DNA of 20,379 nt from Gemmatimonadota bacterium (GTDB lineage Bacteria > Gemmatimonadota > Gemmatimonadetes > Longimicrobiales > Gaopeijiaceae), in the NCBI GenBank assembly GCA_039589315.1, contig JBDHHQ010000077.1:1-20379 (forward strand), in the 5' to 3' direction. Shown here piece after piece: positions 1-8,645 of the stretch. How positions within the stretch are numbered: position 1 is the first letter of the stretch; each line of letters opens with the position of its first letter. The notes under the pieces were generated by a model. It did no database searches. It was not told the origin of the DNA and worked only from the letters and a program-made list of their open reading frames with translations. The translations under genes and the position numbers were made by a program.

Positions 1-189
1 TCCTCGGGCCAGAGCTTTGCCTTCGGCTTCCTTCCCGCGTCTCCTCGCGAAGCTACGGTTGCCGTTCAGCTAGGGGTTCCCAGCCACCAGGGCCCCCAGG
101 GGACTCTCACCCCCTACTCACTTCCCGCTCGGCTTTCGCCTCACGGTTTATCGCCCGCCTCCCGGCGGGCCGCGCCATGCCTGGCGCAC
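1..189 (-). mobile_element. Group II intron, class C (IIC), 5' part of ribozyme domain I; continues past the left window edge
   Basis: Minus strand starts GTGCGCCAGGCATGG (GUGYG 5' consensus) and continues through GGGGGTGAGAGTCCCC, TAGCTGAACGGCAA and GAAGGAAGCCGAAGGCAAAGCTCTGGCCCGAGGA. These blocks are collinear with IIC domain I as I recall it from the Oceanobacillus iheyensis intron. The intron begins 8 nt after a hairpin, as IIC introns typically do. RT ORF and domain V are not in the window. Confidence 0.92.
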
Positions 190-223
190 AACGGGGAAGC
201 CCCCCGACCGGAGCCGGGGGGCT
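190..223 (-). terminator. Terminator-like hairpin forming the 5' exon/target of the IIC intron
   Basis: Minus strand AGCCCCCCGGC-TCCG-GTCGGGGGGCT (11-bp stem with one G-U), then TCCCCGTT and the intron start. The U-tract is poor. Confidence 0.7.
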
Positions 224-309
224 GGGTGTATCGTCCGCGGCGGTTCCGAGGACTGTCTGTCAGGTCGGTACTGATCGCGAGCTTGCAGCGCGACCCGATC
301 GAGGGCTAT

Positions 310-348
310 GGGGAGGGGGCTCGGCGATTGACCTGAGCCCCCAACCCC
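310..348 (-). terminator. Hairpin just after the hydrolase stop codon
   Basis: Minus strand GGGG-TT-GGGGGCTC...GAGCCCCC-T-CCCC, 3 nt after TAA (352-354). No U-tract. Confidence 0.5.
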
Positions 349-351
349 TGC

Positions 352-1533
352 TTACGGGGTCGGTGCGACTCCGCTCTCTACCCAGTTTACGAGATCCAGG
401 AATGCCGCGATCTGCTCCTGCGGAGCGAACGCGCAATGACCATATCGATCCACCACTCGCTGCACCAAGAGCTCCGACTTGCCGGCGGTGGCAACGATCT
501 GCGCGTAGGCCGGTTCGTGGAATAGCGGAACGATCGGATCCATGGTCGTGTGGACGGTCAGTACGGGGATCTCGAGATCGCCCTCCGGCAGATACCAACG
601 CTCCAGGTAGTTCCTGGCGGCTTGCGTCGCTTCGAACCGATCGACACCGGCATTGAGAGCGGTGTCGTCCAGCGAGCCCGTGTAGACGGTCTCCGAGTTG
701 TCGACGAACGTGTCATGGGTTCGATCGAGCAGGTCGTCCGCGCCCACGATGGCCAGGAACAAAGCACCGAGGATGGAGCCGATCAGCTCATCGGCATTGG
801 TGTAAGGGAGCTCGATCTGATCGACACCGGCCATCTCGATGGCCCTCGAGGGGTCGCTCGAGACCGCTCCGATCACCGCGGGCACCACGTGGGTGGCGAA
901 GTCCAATCCCTCCGGGACTTCCAGGGCATGCCCCGGGATGACCCCAGGGAAGAAGTAGTCGAACAGGACTCGGACGTTGAAGATGTAATCGATCTCCATC
1001 GGTCCTCCCCCGACCAGGCTGCACATCGGAAGGGCGCCCGCGTAGAGACCGGGGTGCTTTTCCGCTGCCATCAGAGTCACGATACCTCCCAGGGAGTGAC
1101 CCATCACGTACGTGTTGTTCGGCATTCCAAAGTTCGCTGCAAAGAGCTCCCCGACCTGCCGAGTCCGGATCACGCCATCCTTGACCGCATATCCGTTTTC
1201 CGAGTAGCTCGACCATGCCACGCCGAACCCCATGCCCAGCAGGGCGTCGCGTAGGGCGTTCAAGCCGCCGCCCGGTAGCGCGATCGGTGCCGCCGGATCG
1301 GTGTAGCCGTGAGCATAGAGGACCAGGTCGCCATTCCACTCGGCAGGGAGAAATAGCCCGTATAATGCTCCCGGCCCGATCTCCCCCTCGATCTGAGCGG
1401 GTCCCTCGACCTTCGCGAGGAGCGGCGCGTCGAAGGTACTCGTCGGCCCTGGCTCCAGGGGCCCTTCTTCGCCGCAGCCGCCCAGCGCCGCGGCAGCGAC
1501 AAGAGCCATCGTGGTGATGCGTTGCTTCCTCAT
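352..1533 (-). CDS. Alpha/beta-hydrolase fold lipoprotein (esterase/peptidase-like)
   Basis: Lipobox LGGC after a hydrophobic stretch; oxyanion region VLYAHGY; nucleophile elbow GHSLGG; candidate Asp (TMDPIVP) and His (YGHC); RBS GAGG upstream. Confidence 0.85.
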   Translation of the reverse strand: MRKQRITTMALVAAAALGGCGEEGPLEPGPTSTFDAPLLAKVEGPAQIEGEIGPGALYGLFLPAEWNGDLVLYAHGYTDPAAPIALPGGGLNALRDALLGMGFGVAWSSYSENGYAVKDGVIRTRQVGELFAANFGMPNNTYVMGHSLGGIVTLMAAEKHPGLYAGALPMCSLVGGGPMEIDYIFNVRVLFDYFFPGVIPGHALEVPEGLDFATHVVPAVIGAVSSDPSRAIEMAGVDQIELPYTNADELIGSILGALFLAIVGADDLLDRTHDTFVDNSETVYTGSLDDTALNAGVDRFEATQAARNYLERWYLPEGDLEIPVLTVHTTMDPIVPLFHEPAYAQIVATAGKSELLVQRVVDRYGHCAFAPQEQIAAFLDLVNWVESGVAPTP

Positions 1534-1681
1534 TTGGCCACCTCGTCGTCATGGTTCCACCAGGCGCGTTGACGCGCGTTCTCGTGAAGCCAGTCTGAGC
1601 GGGGAAGCTCAAGCGAGAGTCAAGCGAGGGGTGGCCGTCCTATCCAGGCGTATCTGCGAGCGGCCCGAGCGGGTTGAGACG

Positions 1682-1729
1682 ACGCCGGAGACCGCTCTGC
1701 GCCTTGCGAAGGTGTTCGGCACCTCGGCG
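1682..1729 (+). pseudogene. higA: Remnant of a HigA-family (XRE) antitoxin
   Basis: Translates TPETALRLAKVFGTSA, matching the HigA post-HTH signature (TPEMALRLAKAFGTS). The HTH and the following FWLNLQ segment are absent. Confidence 0.65.
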
Positions 1730-1750
1730 GCACCACACACGACGGCGCCC

Positions 1751-3337
1751 TCATCTGGCCGCCGTTTGCGCCTGGATCATCCTGCGGACGTCGGCGAGCA
1801 GCCCCTTGGCATCGAATACGACGCCGGCTTTGATCGTGTACTCCACACCGCCGACGCTCAGCATCTCGTCGGTTTCAGGGACGTATTTCTGGGTACCGGT
1901 TCCATACAACACCTTGAGGTTGACGAGGGGGTTTTCTCCGACCAGCACGAAGTCCGCGACCTTGCCTACCTCGATGGTTCCCAGCTCGTCTTCCATGTCG
2001 AGGGCGATGGCGGTGTGAAATGTGGCGGCCCGGATCACCTCCAGCGGGTGGAACCCGGCTTGGCGGAGCAGCTCCAACTCACGGATGTATCCGAACCCGT
2101 ACAGGTGGTAGGCATTCCCGGCGTCGGACCCCGTGCCCACCCGTCCTCCACGGTTCTTGTACTCCTCCAGGAAGCGCTGCCATTTGATGAAGCCTGCCCA
2201 CCAATTGGCTTCGAATTCCGAGGTCCAATTGTAGTAGCGTGATCCGTGGTTGCCGGGGTCGGGGTCCCAACTGGCACGATGGTCTGCCGAGGCATAGAGA
2301 TCGTTCCATTCCGAGCGCTTTACCCGCATCAGATCACGATTGCGCTCGTATACCGACATGGTCGGGATGATGTCGAAGTCGAGAGCGAGCAGCTCCTCCA
2401 TGACGCTGTTCCATTTTTCCGAGCCCGGCTCCACGGTCTCCCAGAAACGGCCGGCATCCCTGAAGCGATCCTGTTCGTTGGTGTAGTTGTGATCGGGTTC
2501 CAGGTCCGGGACCGTGTACTTCTCCTGCATCGATTCGGGGAGACCGTACCAGTGCTGCTGGTGATCCAACCCGAGCCTCGCTGCGTCGACCACGTTCATG
2601 CGTGCCACACTGTTCCGGAGCCCTGTCCCTCTGGACATGCCACCCTGGGCCAGGTGGGCCGTCGTCTGCAGGCCATGCTGGTGGGCCTCGTCGATGAGGG
2701 CCTCCATGACGGCCGGGGGGTGGGAGCTCAGCTTGAGGCCGTCCACGCCCATCTCGGCCATCGCCCGCACCCAGAGCCGCGCTTCGTCGGGGTCGGTTAC
2801 GGGTCCGTCGTAGGCCATCCCCGGCCTGGCGTAGACGAGAATGCGAGGAGCGATGATCTCGTTCCTCGCGCTGCCTTCCCGTTGTTCGAGCGTCCATTCC
2901 ACGCCGAGGCCACTCCCTGCCTCGAGAACGGTGGTCACGCCGTGGGCCAGCATCAGATTGTAGTAGTAGCTGGCGGGAAGGCCGGTGGTCCGCTCGCCAC
3001 CGATGTGGACGTGGGCATCGGTGAAGCCGGGCATGATGTACATCCCCTCGGCCTCGAGATCGAAATCGCCGGCCTGGGGACGTGACGACGGGTCGATCCG
3101 TCCGAAGTCGTCGCCGACCAGCACCATATCCGCGATGCGGTTCCCTGCAACCACCACGTCGTAGGGACCTTCCGGGGGGGCTCCGGTTCCATCGATGATC
3201 ATCACACCGCGGATCACCAGCCGGTCGAACGGCCCCTGGGACAGGTCCTGGGCCTCAGCAGAACCAGGAACCAGCGCTGCCACCACCAACCAGAGGTGAA
3301 GGGCGGTGAGCCGATCTCTTGTTGACCGCAGGGACAT
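1751..3337 (-). CDS. Secreted metal-dependent amidohydrolase family protein
   Basis: Signal peptide ending AEA-Q; MPGFTDAHVH (HxH); HGVTTV; TAH; GTGSDAG; GTIEVGKVADFVL; RBS AAGGAGG. Confidence 0.9.
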   Translation of the reverse strand: MSLRSTRDRLTALHLWLVVAALVPGSAEAQDLSQGPFDRLVIRGVMIIDGTGAPPEGPYDVVVAGNRIADMVLVGDDFGRIDPSSRPQAGDFDLEAEGMYIMPGFTDAHVHIGGERTTGLPASYYYNLMLAHGVTTVLEAGSGLGVEWTLEQREGSARNEIIAPRILVYARPGMAYDGPVTDPDEARLWVRAMAEMGVDGLKLSSHPPAVMEALIDEAHQHGLQTTAHLAQGGMSRGTGLRNSVARMNVVDAARLGLDHQQHWYGLPESMQEKYTVPDLEPDHNYTNEQDRFRDAGRFWETVEPGSEKWNSVMEELLALDFDIIPTMSVYERNRDLMRVKRSEWNDLYASADHRASWDPDPGNHGSRYYNWTSEFEANWWAGFIKWQRFLEEYKNRGGRVGTGSDAGNAYHLYGFGYIRELELLRQAGFHPLEVIRAATFHTAIALDMEDELGTIEVGKVADFVLVGENPLVNLKVLYGTGTQKYVPETDEMLSVGGVEYTIKAGVVFDAKGLLADVRRMIQAQTAAR

Positions 3338-3578
3338 GGTGATCCTCCTTGGCTAGTGGGCGGGGGCTTGGTCCGCTCCGGGGTGTGCTGCCCATCTTCG
3401 ACCGCGGGAAGGTTGCGGTCTGGGGTGTGCCCATACGATAGGTGCAGATCACCGATGGTGCACGGGTCTCTACTCGAGCCGACGAGTGAATCTCGTCCAA
3501 CGACGGTTACTCGTGCGCCGCCGAGGCCCGAGCTGTGCAGCGTCGAGAAAACCGCCGCTTCGATGTCCCTCCCGCCCG

Positions 3579-4244
3579 TCAGGGTCGAATCCCGATCCCG
3601 ACCGAGAGGAAGAAGTCGTTCTGTTGCTGACTCTGGGGAGCGATGCCGCGAGTGGGTAGCTTGCTCTGATCGAAGGAGCTGAGGAGGTAGCGGACCTCCA
3701 CCATTCCCTCGATCTTTCCGACCCCCACGGCGCGCAGCCCCAGGCCGATATCGCCGGTTGGCCGCACCTGGTTCTCCGCACCGGTGAGATCGAAGCCGTA
3801 CCATTTGAGCCCGCCGCCGAGCCGGAGCGTCGGCTCCAAATGCTCCCCGAGCCAGTCCTCGGCCGTGAGCATCACGCCCGCGGTGGCGCCCGCGAGGATC
3901 ACCTGGTTGGATGGGCCGACAACGGCGGGCTGGATGTCGCTCCCCAAATGGACGGTCGGGAAGGCCACGACGCCGTTCGCATATACCGCAACCACTGGGG
4001 TGGCCAGGTACTGCGACTCGAGTGCGATGGCCGGTCCCGCTGCAAGCCGGGTATCGCCCGAGTCGGACGCCTTGATCAATGCCGACGAAGCGACGTACCC
4101 GCCGGTCGAAGCACCGAACCGCCATTGGCCTTGGCTGACGGGTGGGGACTGAGCGCTCGCGGCCGAAGCTATCGTCAACCCCCCGACCACCAGGCCGAGC
4201 ACGGGGCGCGCCCTTGCCACCACGTAGATCAGTGCACGTCTCAT
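3579..4244 (-). CDS. Putative outer-membrane beta-barrel protein
   Basis: Signal peptide ending ASA-Q; amphipathic alternating strands (LRLGGGLKWY, GDIGLGLRA, VEVRYL, FFLSVGIGI); starts 10 nt after the Ig lipoprotein stop. Confidence 0.7.
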   Translation of the reverse strand: MRRALIYVVARARPVLGLVVGGLTIASAASAQSPPVSQGQWRFGASTGGYVASSALIKASDSGDTRLAAGPAIALESQYLATPVVAVYANGVVAFPTVHLGSDIQPAVVGPSNQVILAGATAGVMLTAEDWLGEHLEPTLRLGGGLKWYGFDLTGAENQVRPTGDIGLGLRAVGVGKIEGMVEVRYLLSSFDQSKLPTRGIAPQSQQQNDFFLSVGIGIRP

Positions 4245-4254
4245 GGTTGGGTCA

Positions 4255-6192
4255 TCAGTTGAATTGGATCGCGGCAGTCGTCGCAGACGCGAGACCCGTG
4301 CCGCTGACCCTGAACGTCCGTGAACCCGCCGACCCCGTCACGTTGATGAGCGTGAAGCTCACCGCGCCGCTGGCATCCGTGACTCGGGTCAGCGTGCCGT
4401 TGAGGGTGCCACCCCCCGAGGCGATGGCGATCGTCAGTTGCACGCCCTGCAACGCCACCGCGTCGTCGTCCGAGTCCTGTAACTGAGCCGTGATGGTGAA
4501 GTTCGTCCCGAGATCGATGGGCCCGGCCGGCGCGCTCGTGATCTCGATTTGTGTAGCCGACTGCGCGGTGAATGTGACGGGATTGCCCGTGATGCCCGAT
4601 CCCGCAACCGTAGCCCTGAGCGTATTGGGGGCACCGCTGCCGAGGGTCCAGCTGCCCACCGCCGCCTGTCCCTGTGCGTCGGTGGACTGAGTCAGCCCGG
4701 TAGCCGTCCCACCCCCCTGTAGCACCGCGAACGTCACGGTCGCGCCGATCACCCGGTTTCCGCTGCCGTCCGTCACCCGAACGGTCGGTGGGTTGTCCAC
4801 CGCTGTGCCCTGTACTGCGGTCTCAGCCGCGCCGGCAATCGCGATGACCCGGGCGGCGGCGCCCGCGGTGCCCGTCGCGTCGAAGGTCACGCTCGGCAGC
4901 CCTTCGGCGGTGGCTGTCACCGTGTTTGGCCCGACCGTCGCGCCGAGCGTCCAGGAAGTGACGGCCGCAATGCCGTTCGCGTTGGTCGTGTCGGGTGAGC
5001 CGACCACGGTTCCCCCGCCGTCCGTCACCGTGAACGCTACGCGCACCCCCGGCACCGGGATGCCTTGGGCGTCACGAACGATCACGCTGGGCGGGTCGCT
5101 GACCCTGGTGTCGACCGGAGCCGATTGCGTGGTTTGAGACACGGCCACCATGGACACGGGCAGCCCAGCGACGCCCGTGGCGGTGAACCTCACCGGACCC
5201 AGCCCGGGCGATGAGGCTGTCAGCCTATTCGTTCCGGGCAGAGGCCCCAGGAACCATCCGCCGACCGTGGCCGTGCCGGAAGCATCGGTAACCTGACGCG
5301 AGCCGACCACGCTGCCTCCCCCGGCCGTGGCCGAGAAGGTGACGATTGCCCCGGGCACCCCGTCACCCGCGGCGTCGCGCACGACCACGGTCGGCGCGAT
5401 CGGCACCAAGCGGCCTACCGGAGCCTGCTGGTTGTCCCCGGCCGTCGCCACCATCTCCGCTCCGGTCGGTGCCGTCGCGGTCGCGGTGAAGACGATCGGG
5501 TTGTTGACCACGCCACTCTCTTCGACGCGCGCCGCCAACGACTGCGCGCCCACGGTGGGCCCGAGGATCCAACTCCCCACGGCGGCGACGCCTTGAGCGT
5601 CGGTCGTGCCCACGCCGTCGACCACGCGGCCTCCGCCGGAAAGCACCGAGAAGGTGACGGGCACGCCCGGTACCAGGTTGCCGAAGGCATCGGCGACGCG
5701 GACACTGGGAGCGATCGACACGGCGCTGCCGGCCGGCGCTGTCTGGCGGTCCCCGGCCACGAGGCTGACGGTCGCAGCCCGGGCGGCGGTCACGGTGGCG
5801 GTGACCATGGCCGAGACGCCACTTTCGGCCGTCGCCGTGAGCACGTTCGACCCGGCCGTGGTCCCGAGCGTCCACCGGGTAAGCGCGACACCGTTCCCAT
5901 CGGTCACGGCGCTCGCCGGATCCACCGAGCCGCCCTGCGTCGCGGTGAAGGTGACCGTTGCCCCGGACAGAGGCTGCTCGTCGGTGCCGAAGACGCGGAC
6001 CTCGATCGGATCAGCCAGGAGCCCTCCGGCAGGACCTTGAACGCTCCCGTCGGCGACAGCTTCCACACGGGCGGCCGGCAACGGCACGCTGACCGTGGTC
6101 TCACCGCAACCCGCCAGGCCTGCCAAGCCCACCGTAATCCCCACGGCCACCAGGCGGCTTCGGGCACCCCTCTGAATGCACGTGTCAGCCAT
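4255..6192 (-). CDS. Lipoprotein with six tandem bacterial Ig-like (Big_1/invasin-type) domains
   Basis: Probable start ATG 6192 (MADTC) gives a signal peptide with lipobox LAGC. About 100-aa repeats with VxVxDxxGxxVPGxxVTF...GGG...TDxxGxA...WxLG...VxFTA. Confidence 0.85.
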   Translation of the reverse strand: MADTCIQRGARSRLVAVGITVGLAGLAGCGETTVSVPLPAARVEAVADGSVQGPAGGLLADPIEVRVFGTDEQPLSGATVTFTATQGGSVDPASAVTDGNGVALTRWTLGTTAGSNVLTATAESGVSAMVTATVTAARAATVSLVAGDRQTAPAGSAVSIAPSVRVADAFGNLVPGVPVTFSVLSGGGRVVDGVGTTDAQGVAAVGSWILGPTVGAQSLAARVEESGVVNNPIVFTATATAPTGAEMVATAGDNQQAPVGRLVPIAPTVVVRDAAGDGVPGAIVTFSATAGGGSVVGSRQVTDASGTATVGGWFLGPLPGTNRLTASSPGLGPVRFTATGVAGLPVSMVAVSQTTQSAPVDTRVSDPPSVIVRDAQGIPVPGVRVAFTVTDGGGTVVGSPDTTNANGIAAVTSWTLGATVGPNTVTATAEGLPSVTFDATGTAGAAARVIAIAGAAETAVQGTAVDNPPTVRVTDGSGNRVIGATVTFAVLQGGGTATGLTQSTDAQGQAAVGSWTLGSGAPNTLRATVAGSGITGNPVTFTAQSATQIEITSAPAGPIDLGTNFTITAQLQDSDDDAVALQGVQLTIAIASGGGTLNGTLTRVTDASGAVSFTLINVTGSAGSRTFRVSGTGLASATTAAIQFN

Positions 6193-6552
6193 CGTGACTG
6201 CCCCCGTCGTGGAAGCGGACCCCCGGATTGCTCGACTGCTCCGGAGAGCGTTTGCCCGGCTACTCATTGGATGCATTAGCTACGCTTCGCAAGCTTTTCC
6301 ATTTCAGTGGAGTGCGACCGCGCGGAGTGCGATCGGCGGTGCGGTCCGACCGCACTTCGTCGCGGCGGAAGGAGAACGACTCGAGCGTGCGATCCGTGAC
6401 GGTAGTCGAACCGTCTTTCAGAGAGAGCACGGGCTGCAGGTGGCTGCAGGCGGTGCCACCGGCCCAAAGGCCGGACCTCGAGCGGCGCTTTCATCGCCGG
6501 GATCAGTCCGCGCGTAGCGGCCGAGCCGGCGCCGGATCCTGCCTGCGGAGGG

Positions 6553-6571
6553 GGGTTCGGTCTCCGAACCC
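6553..6571 (-). terminator. Hairpin after the radical SAM gene
   Basis: GGGTTCGG-3nt-CCGAACCC, 7 nt after the stop at 6579; no U-tract. Confidence 0.4.
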
Positions 6572-6578
6572 GGCGGGC

Positions 6579-8351
6579 TCAGGTCGGCTGTCCCCCGATC
6601 TCGAGGCCGAGCTCCTCGAGCTGCGTCATCACACCCTCTTCGAACGAGGTGACGGCGCCGTGAACGGCGTGACGGAAATCCACGTGAAGCTGGTCGTATC
6701 GGGACCGAACACCGGAGAGGACCTCGCGCACGTAGGCGCCTGCGTCGTCCACCGACGCCCGGTGGGTCCGCGCAAGGTCGACGATGCGGGCCTTGAATTC
6801 CTCGAGCTCCGTCTCCAGGTAGCGTCTGAAGTCGTCCGCGGCGATCGTCTGGCGGGTGATCTTCTCGAAGTGAAAGCCCATGATGGCCAGTCGGATGGCT
6901 TCGGGGATCATGGCCGGACGCTCTCTCAGAACCCGTAGCAGGAAGCGCAGGTAGGCCGGCCCCTGTCGGGAGAGCACCTGGCGTCGCAGGGATCGGGCGG
7001 CCGCCAGGAGCTCGGCCCATCTGATGCGCCTGCGGCGTCGGTTCACGCGCCGCCACCGCCTGAGGAGCGTCAGGCACCGCTCGAAGTAGTTCTTCAGCGA
7101 AGGATCGTACAGGGCACCCACCACGCGCTTGTACTCTGCCATCAGCCGTTCGCGCGGTAGCAACGGTACGAAGTTCAGGGTCCCGTCGGTATTGTCGCCC
7201 GTGGACTCCCCGAGCAGCCGCCCCTCCCGCGCCAAACGCTCGTAGAGGTCGGTGGACTTGAGGGCTGTCAGCAGCCCCGCCATCGCGAGGGGGATCCCGG
7301 CCTCCTGAACGAAGCGGATATGTGAGTCGAACTCCGTGTCCCCGTCCAGGCCGATGATGAACCCGCCGCTTACCTCCAGTCCGTGCGATTGGACCGTGCG
7401 GACCGAATCGAGCAGGTAGTTGGCCGATCTTCCCGACCTGTCGATGTTCTGCTTCTTGTTCGTGGCGAGAAGGGTATCCGGGTTGGGGCTCTCGATTCCC
7501 ATGAACACCATGTCGAATCCGGCCGCGCTCATCGACTCGAGCAGCTCCGGCACCTGAGCGAGGTTCATGCTCGCCTCGGTGAACAGCGAAAACGGATACC
7601 CTCGCTGCCCCTGCCATTCCCGCAGACGGGGAAGGAGTCGAAGCGCGTCACGCTTGTTGCCGATGAAGTTGTCGTCCACGAGGAACAGCGAGCCTCTCCA
7701 GCCCAGGTGGTAGAGCAGCTCGAACTCGCCCAGCATCTGCTCCGTGTCCTTCGTCCGCGGGACCCGTCCGTAGAGCTTGGTGATGTCGCAGAACTCGCAG
7801 TCGAACGGGCAGCCCCGCGAGAACTGAAGCGCCATCGAGTTGTAACGGCGGAGTCGGAGGAGGTCGTAGCGGGGAAGCGGAGCCTTCGAGATGGCCGGCT
7901 TGGCGAGCTCGGGATAGACGTCACGAGCCGTGCCGCAGGCGATGTCGGTCAGGAAGCCGTCAAACGTGTTCTCCACCTCGCCCAACAGGAAGTGATCCAC
8001 CCCGCCACCCGATTCCTGGCGGATCTCGTCGTGGAACGTGGTAGGGTGCGGGCCGCCGGCGACGATCGGTACGCCCGCCCGGTTGCAGCGGCGGATCACC
8101 TCGTAGAGCGAATCTCTCTGGACGATCATGGTCGACGTGAAGACCATGTCCGCCCAGGCGAGGTGCACGTCGGTCAGAGGCTCGACGTTGAGGTCGACGA
8201 CCTTCAGCTGGTAATCCCGTGAGAACATGCCCGCGACCGTCAGCAGCCCCAGGGGCGGCATCGCAGACTTCTTGCCGAGCAGTTCGATCGCGTATTTGAA
8301 GCCCCAGTACGAGGGGGGAAACTCGGGGTACACGAGGAGTGCGTTGCGCAT
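6579..8351 (-). CDS. B12-binding domain radical SAM protein (DUF4070-type)
   Basis: N-terminal LLVYPEFP...PPLGLLTVA and IVAGGPHPT (B12-binding domain); SRGCPFDCEFC (CxxxCxxC); FLVDDNFIGN; GIES; GGFIIGLDGD. Confidence 0.92.
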   Translation of the reverse strand: MRNALLVYPEFPPSYWGFKYAIELLGKKSAMPPLGLLTVAGMFSRDYQLKVVDLNVEPLTDVHLAWADMVFTSTMIVQRDSLYEVIRRCNRAGVPIVAGGPHPTTFHDEIRQESGGGVDHFLLGEVENTFDGFLTDIACGTARDVYPELAKPAISKAPLPRYDLLRLRRYNSMALQFSRGCPFDCEFCDITKLYGRVPRTKDTEQMLGEFELLYHLGWRGSLFLVDDNFIGNKRDALRLLPRLREWQGQRGYPFSLFTEASMNLAQVPELLESMSAAGFDMVFMGIESPNPDTLLATNKKQNIDRSGRSANYLLDSVRTVQSHGLEVSGGFIIGLDGDTEFDSHIRFVQEAGIPLAMAGLLTALKSTDLYERLAREGRLLGESTGDNTDGTLNFVPLLPRERLMAEYKRVVGALYDPSLKNYFERCLTLLRRWRRVNRRRRRIRWAELLAAARSLRRQVLSRQGPAYLRFLLRVLRERPAMIPEAIRLAIMGFHFEKITRQTIAADDFRRYLETELEEFKARIVDLARTHRASVDDAGAYVREVLSGVRSRYDQLHVDFRHAVHGAVTSFEEGVMTQLEELGLEIGGQPT

Positions 8352-8515
8352 GCTCCGAACGGCTCCTTTCGCTACGAGGGGTCGTACGTGGAGCCGTCGG
8401 TGGGCCGTCCGGGCGATCTGAGCCCCGGGGGGAAGGGCAGGTCAGCGCCGGGACCCATCATACGAGCCTGGAGTCCGACTCGAAAGCGTCGCTCGATCCT
8501 TCGGGATCGCCTGGG

Positions 8516-8605
8516 TTACGGCTCCGCCGCGGTCGCCGTGAACACCGCCACGGCCGATGCTACGACGGACGTGACCTCCACGCCCCGCGCCCCGGCCTCC
8601 GGTCC
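8516..8605 (-). pseudogene. Possible C-terminal remnant of an Ig-like domain gene
   Basis: Translates GPEAGARGVEVTSVVASAVAVFTATAAEP*, resembling the Ig-repeat ends of 4255-6192 (GPTVGAQSL...IVFTATATAP). Confidence 0.35.
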
Positions 8606-8645
8606 GCTCGGTAGGCGCGGCCGGGGTTCGCGGCCACGCTTCGCA

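Noticed and set aside
190..350. attC site / integron cassette array (IIC-attC intron target)
   Set aside because: The exon ends CCGTT after a simple GC hairpin; I could not find paired RYYYAAC/GTTRRRY boxes, repeated attC-like sites or an integrase.
4255..6192. DNA-level tandem repeat, CRISPR array or DGR template
   Set aside because: The repeats are diverged protein domains. I saw no identical repeat-spacer array or adenine-specific variant pair anywhere in the window.
6193..6276. Upstream ORF-track starts (6276, 10697, 12338, 12640, 14754, 15762)
   Set aside because: Downstream starts fit the RBS, signal peptide or gene overlap better.
6579..8351. Assignment as hopanoid methylase HpnP
   Set aside because: The domain architecture is shared by a broad family and there are no hopanoid genes nearby; a phylogeny would be needed.
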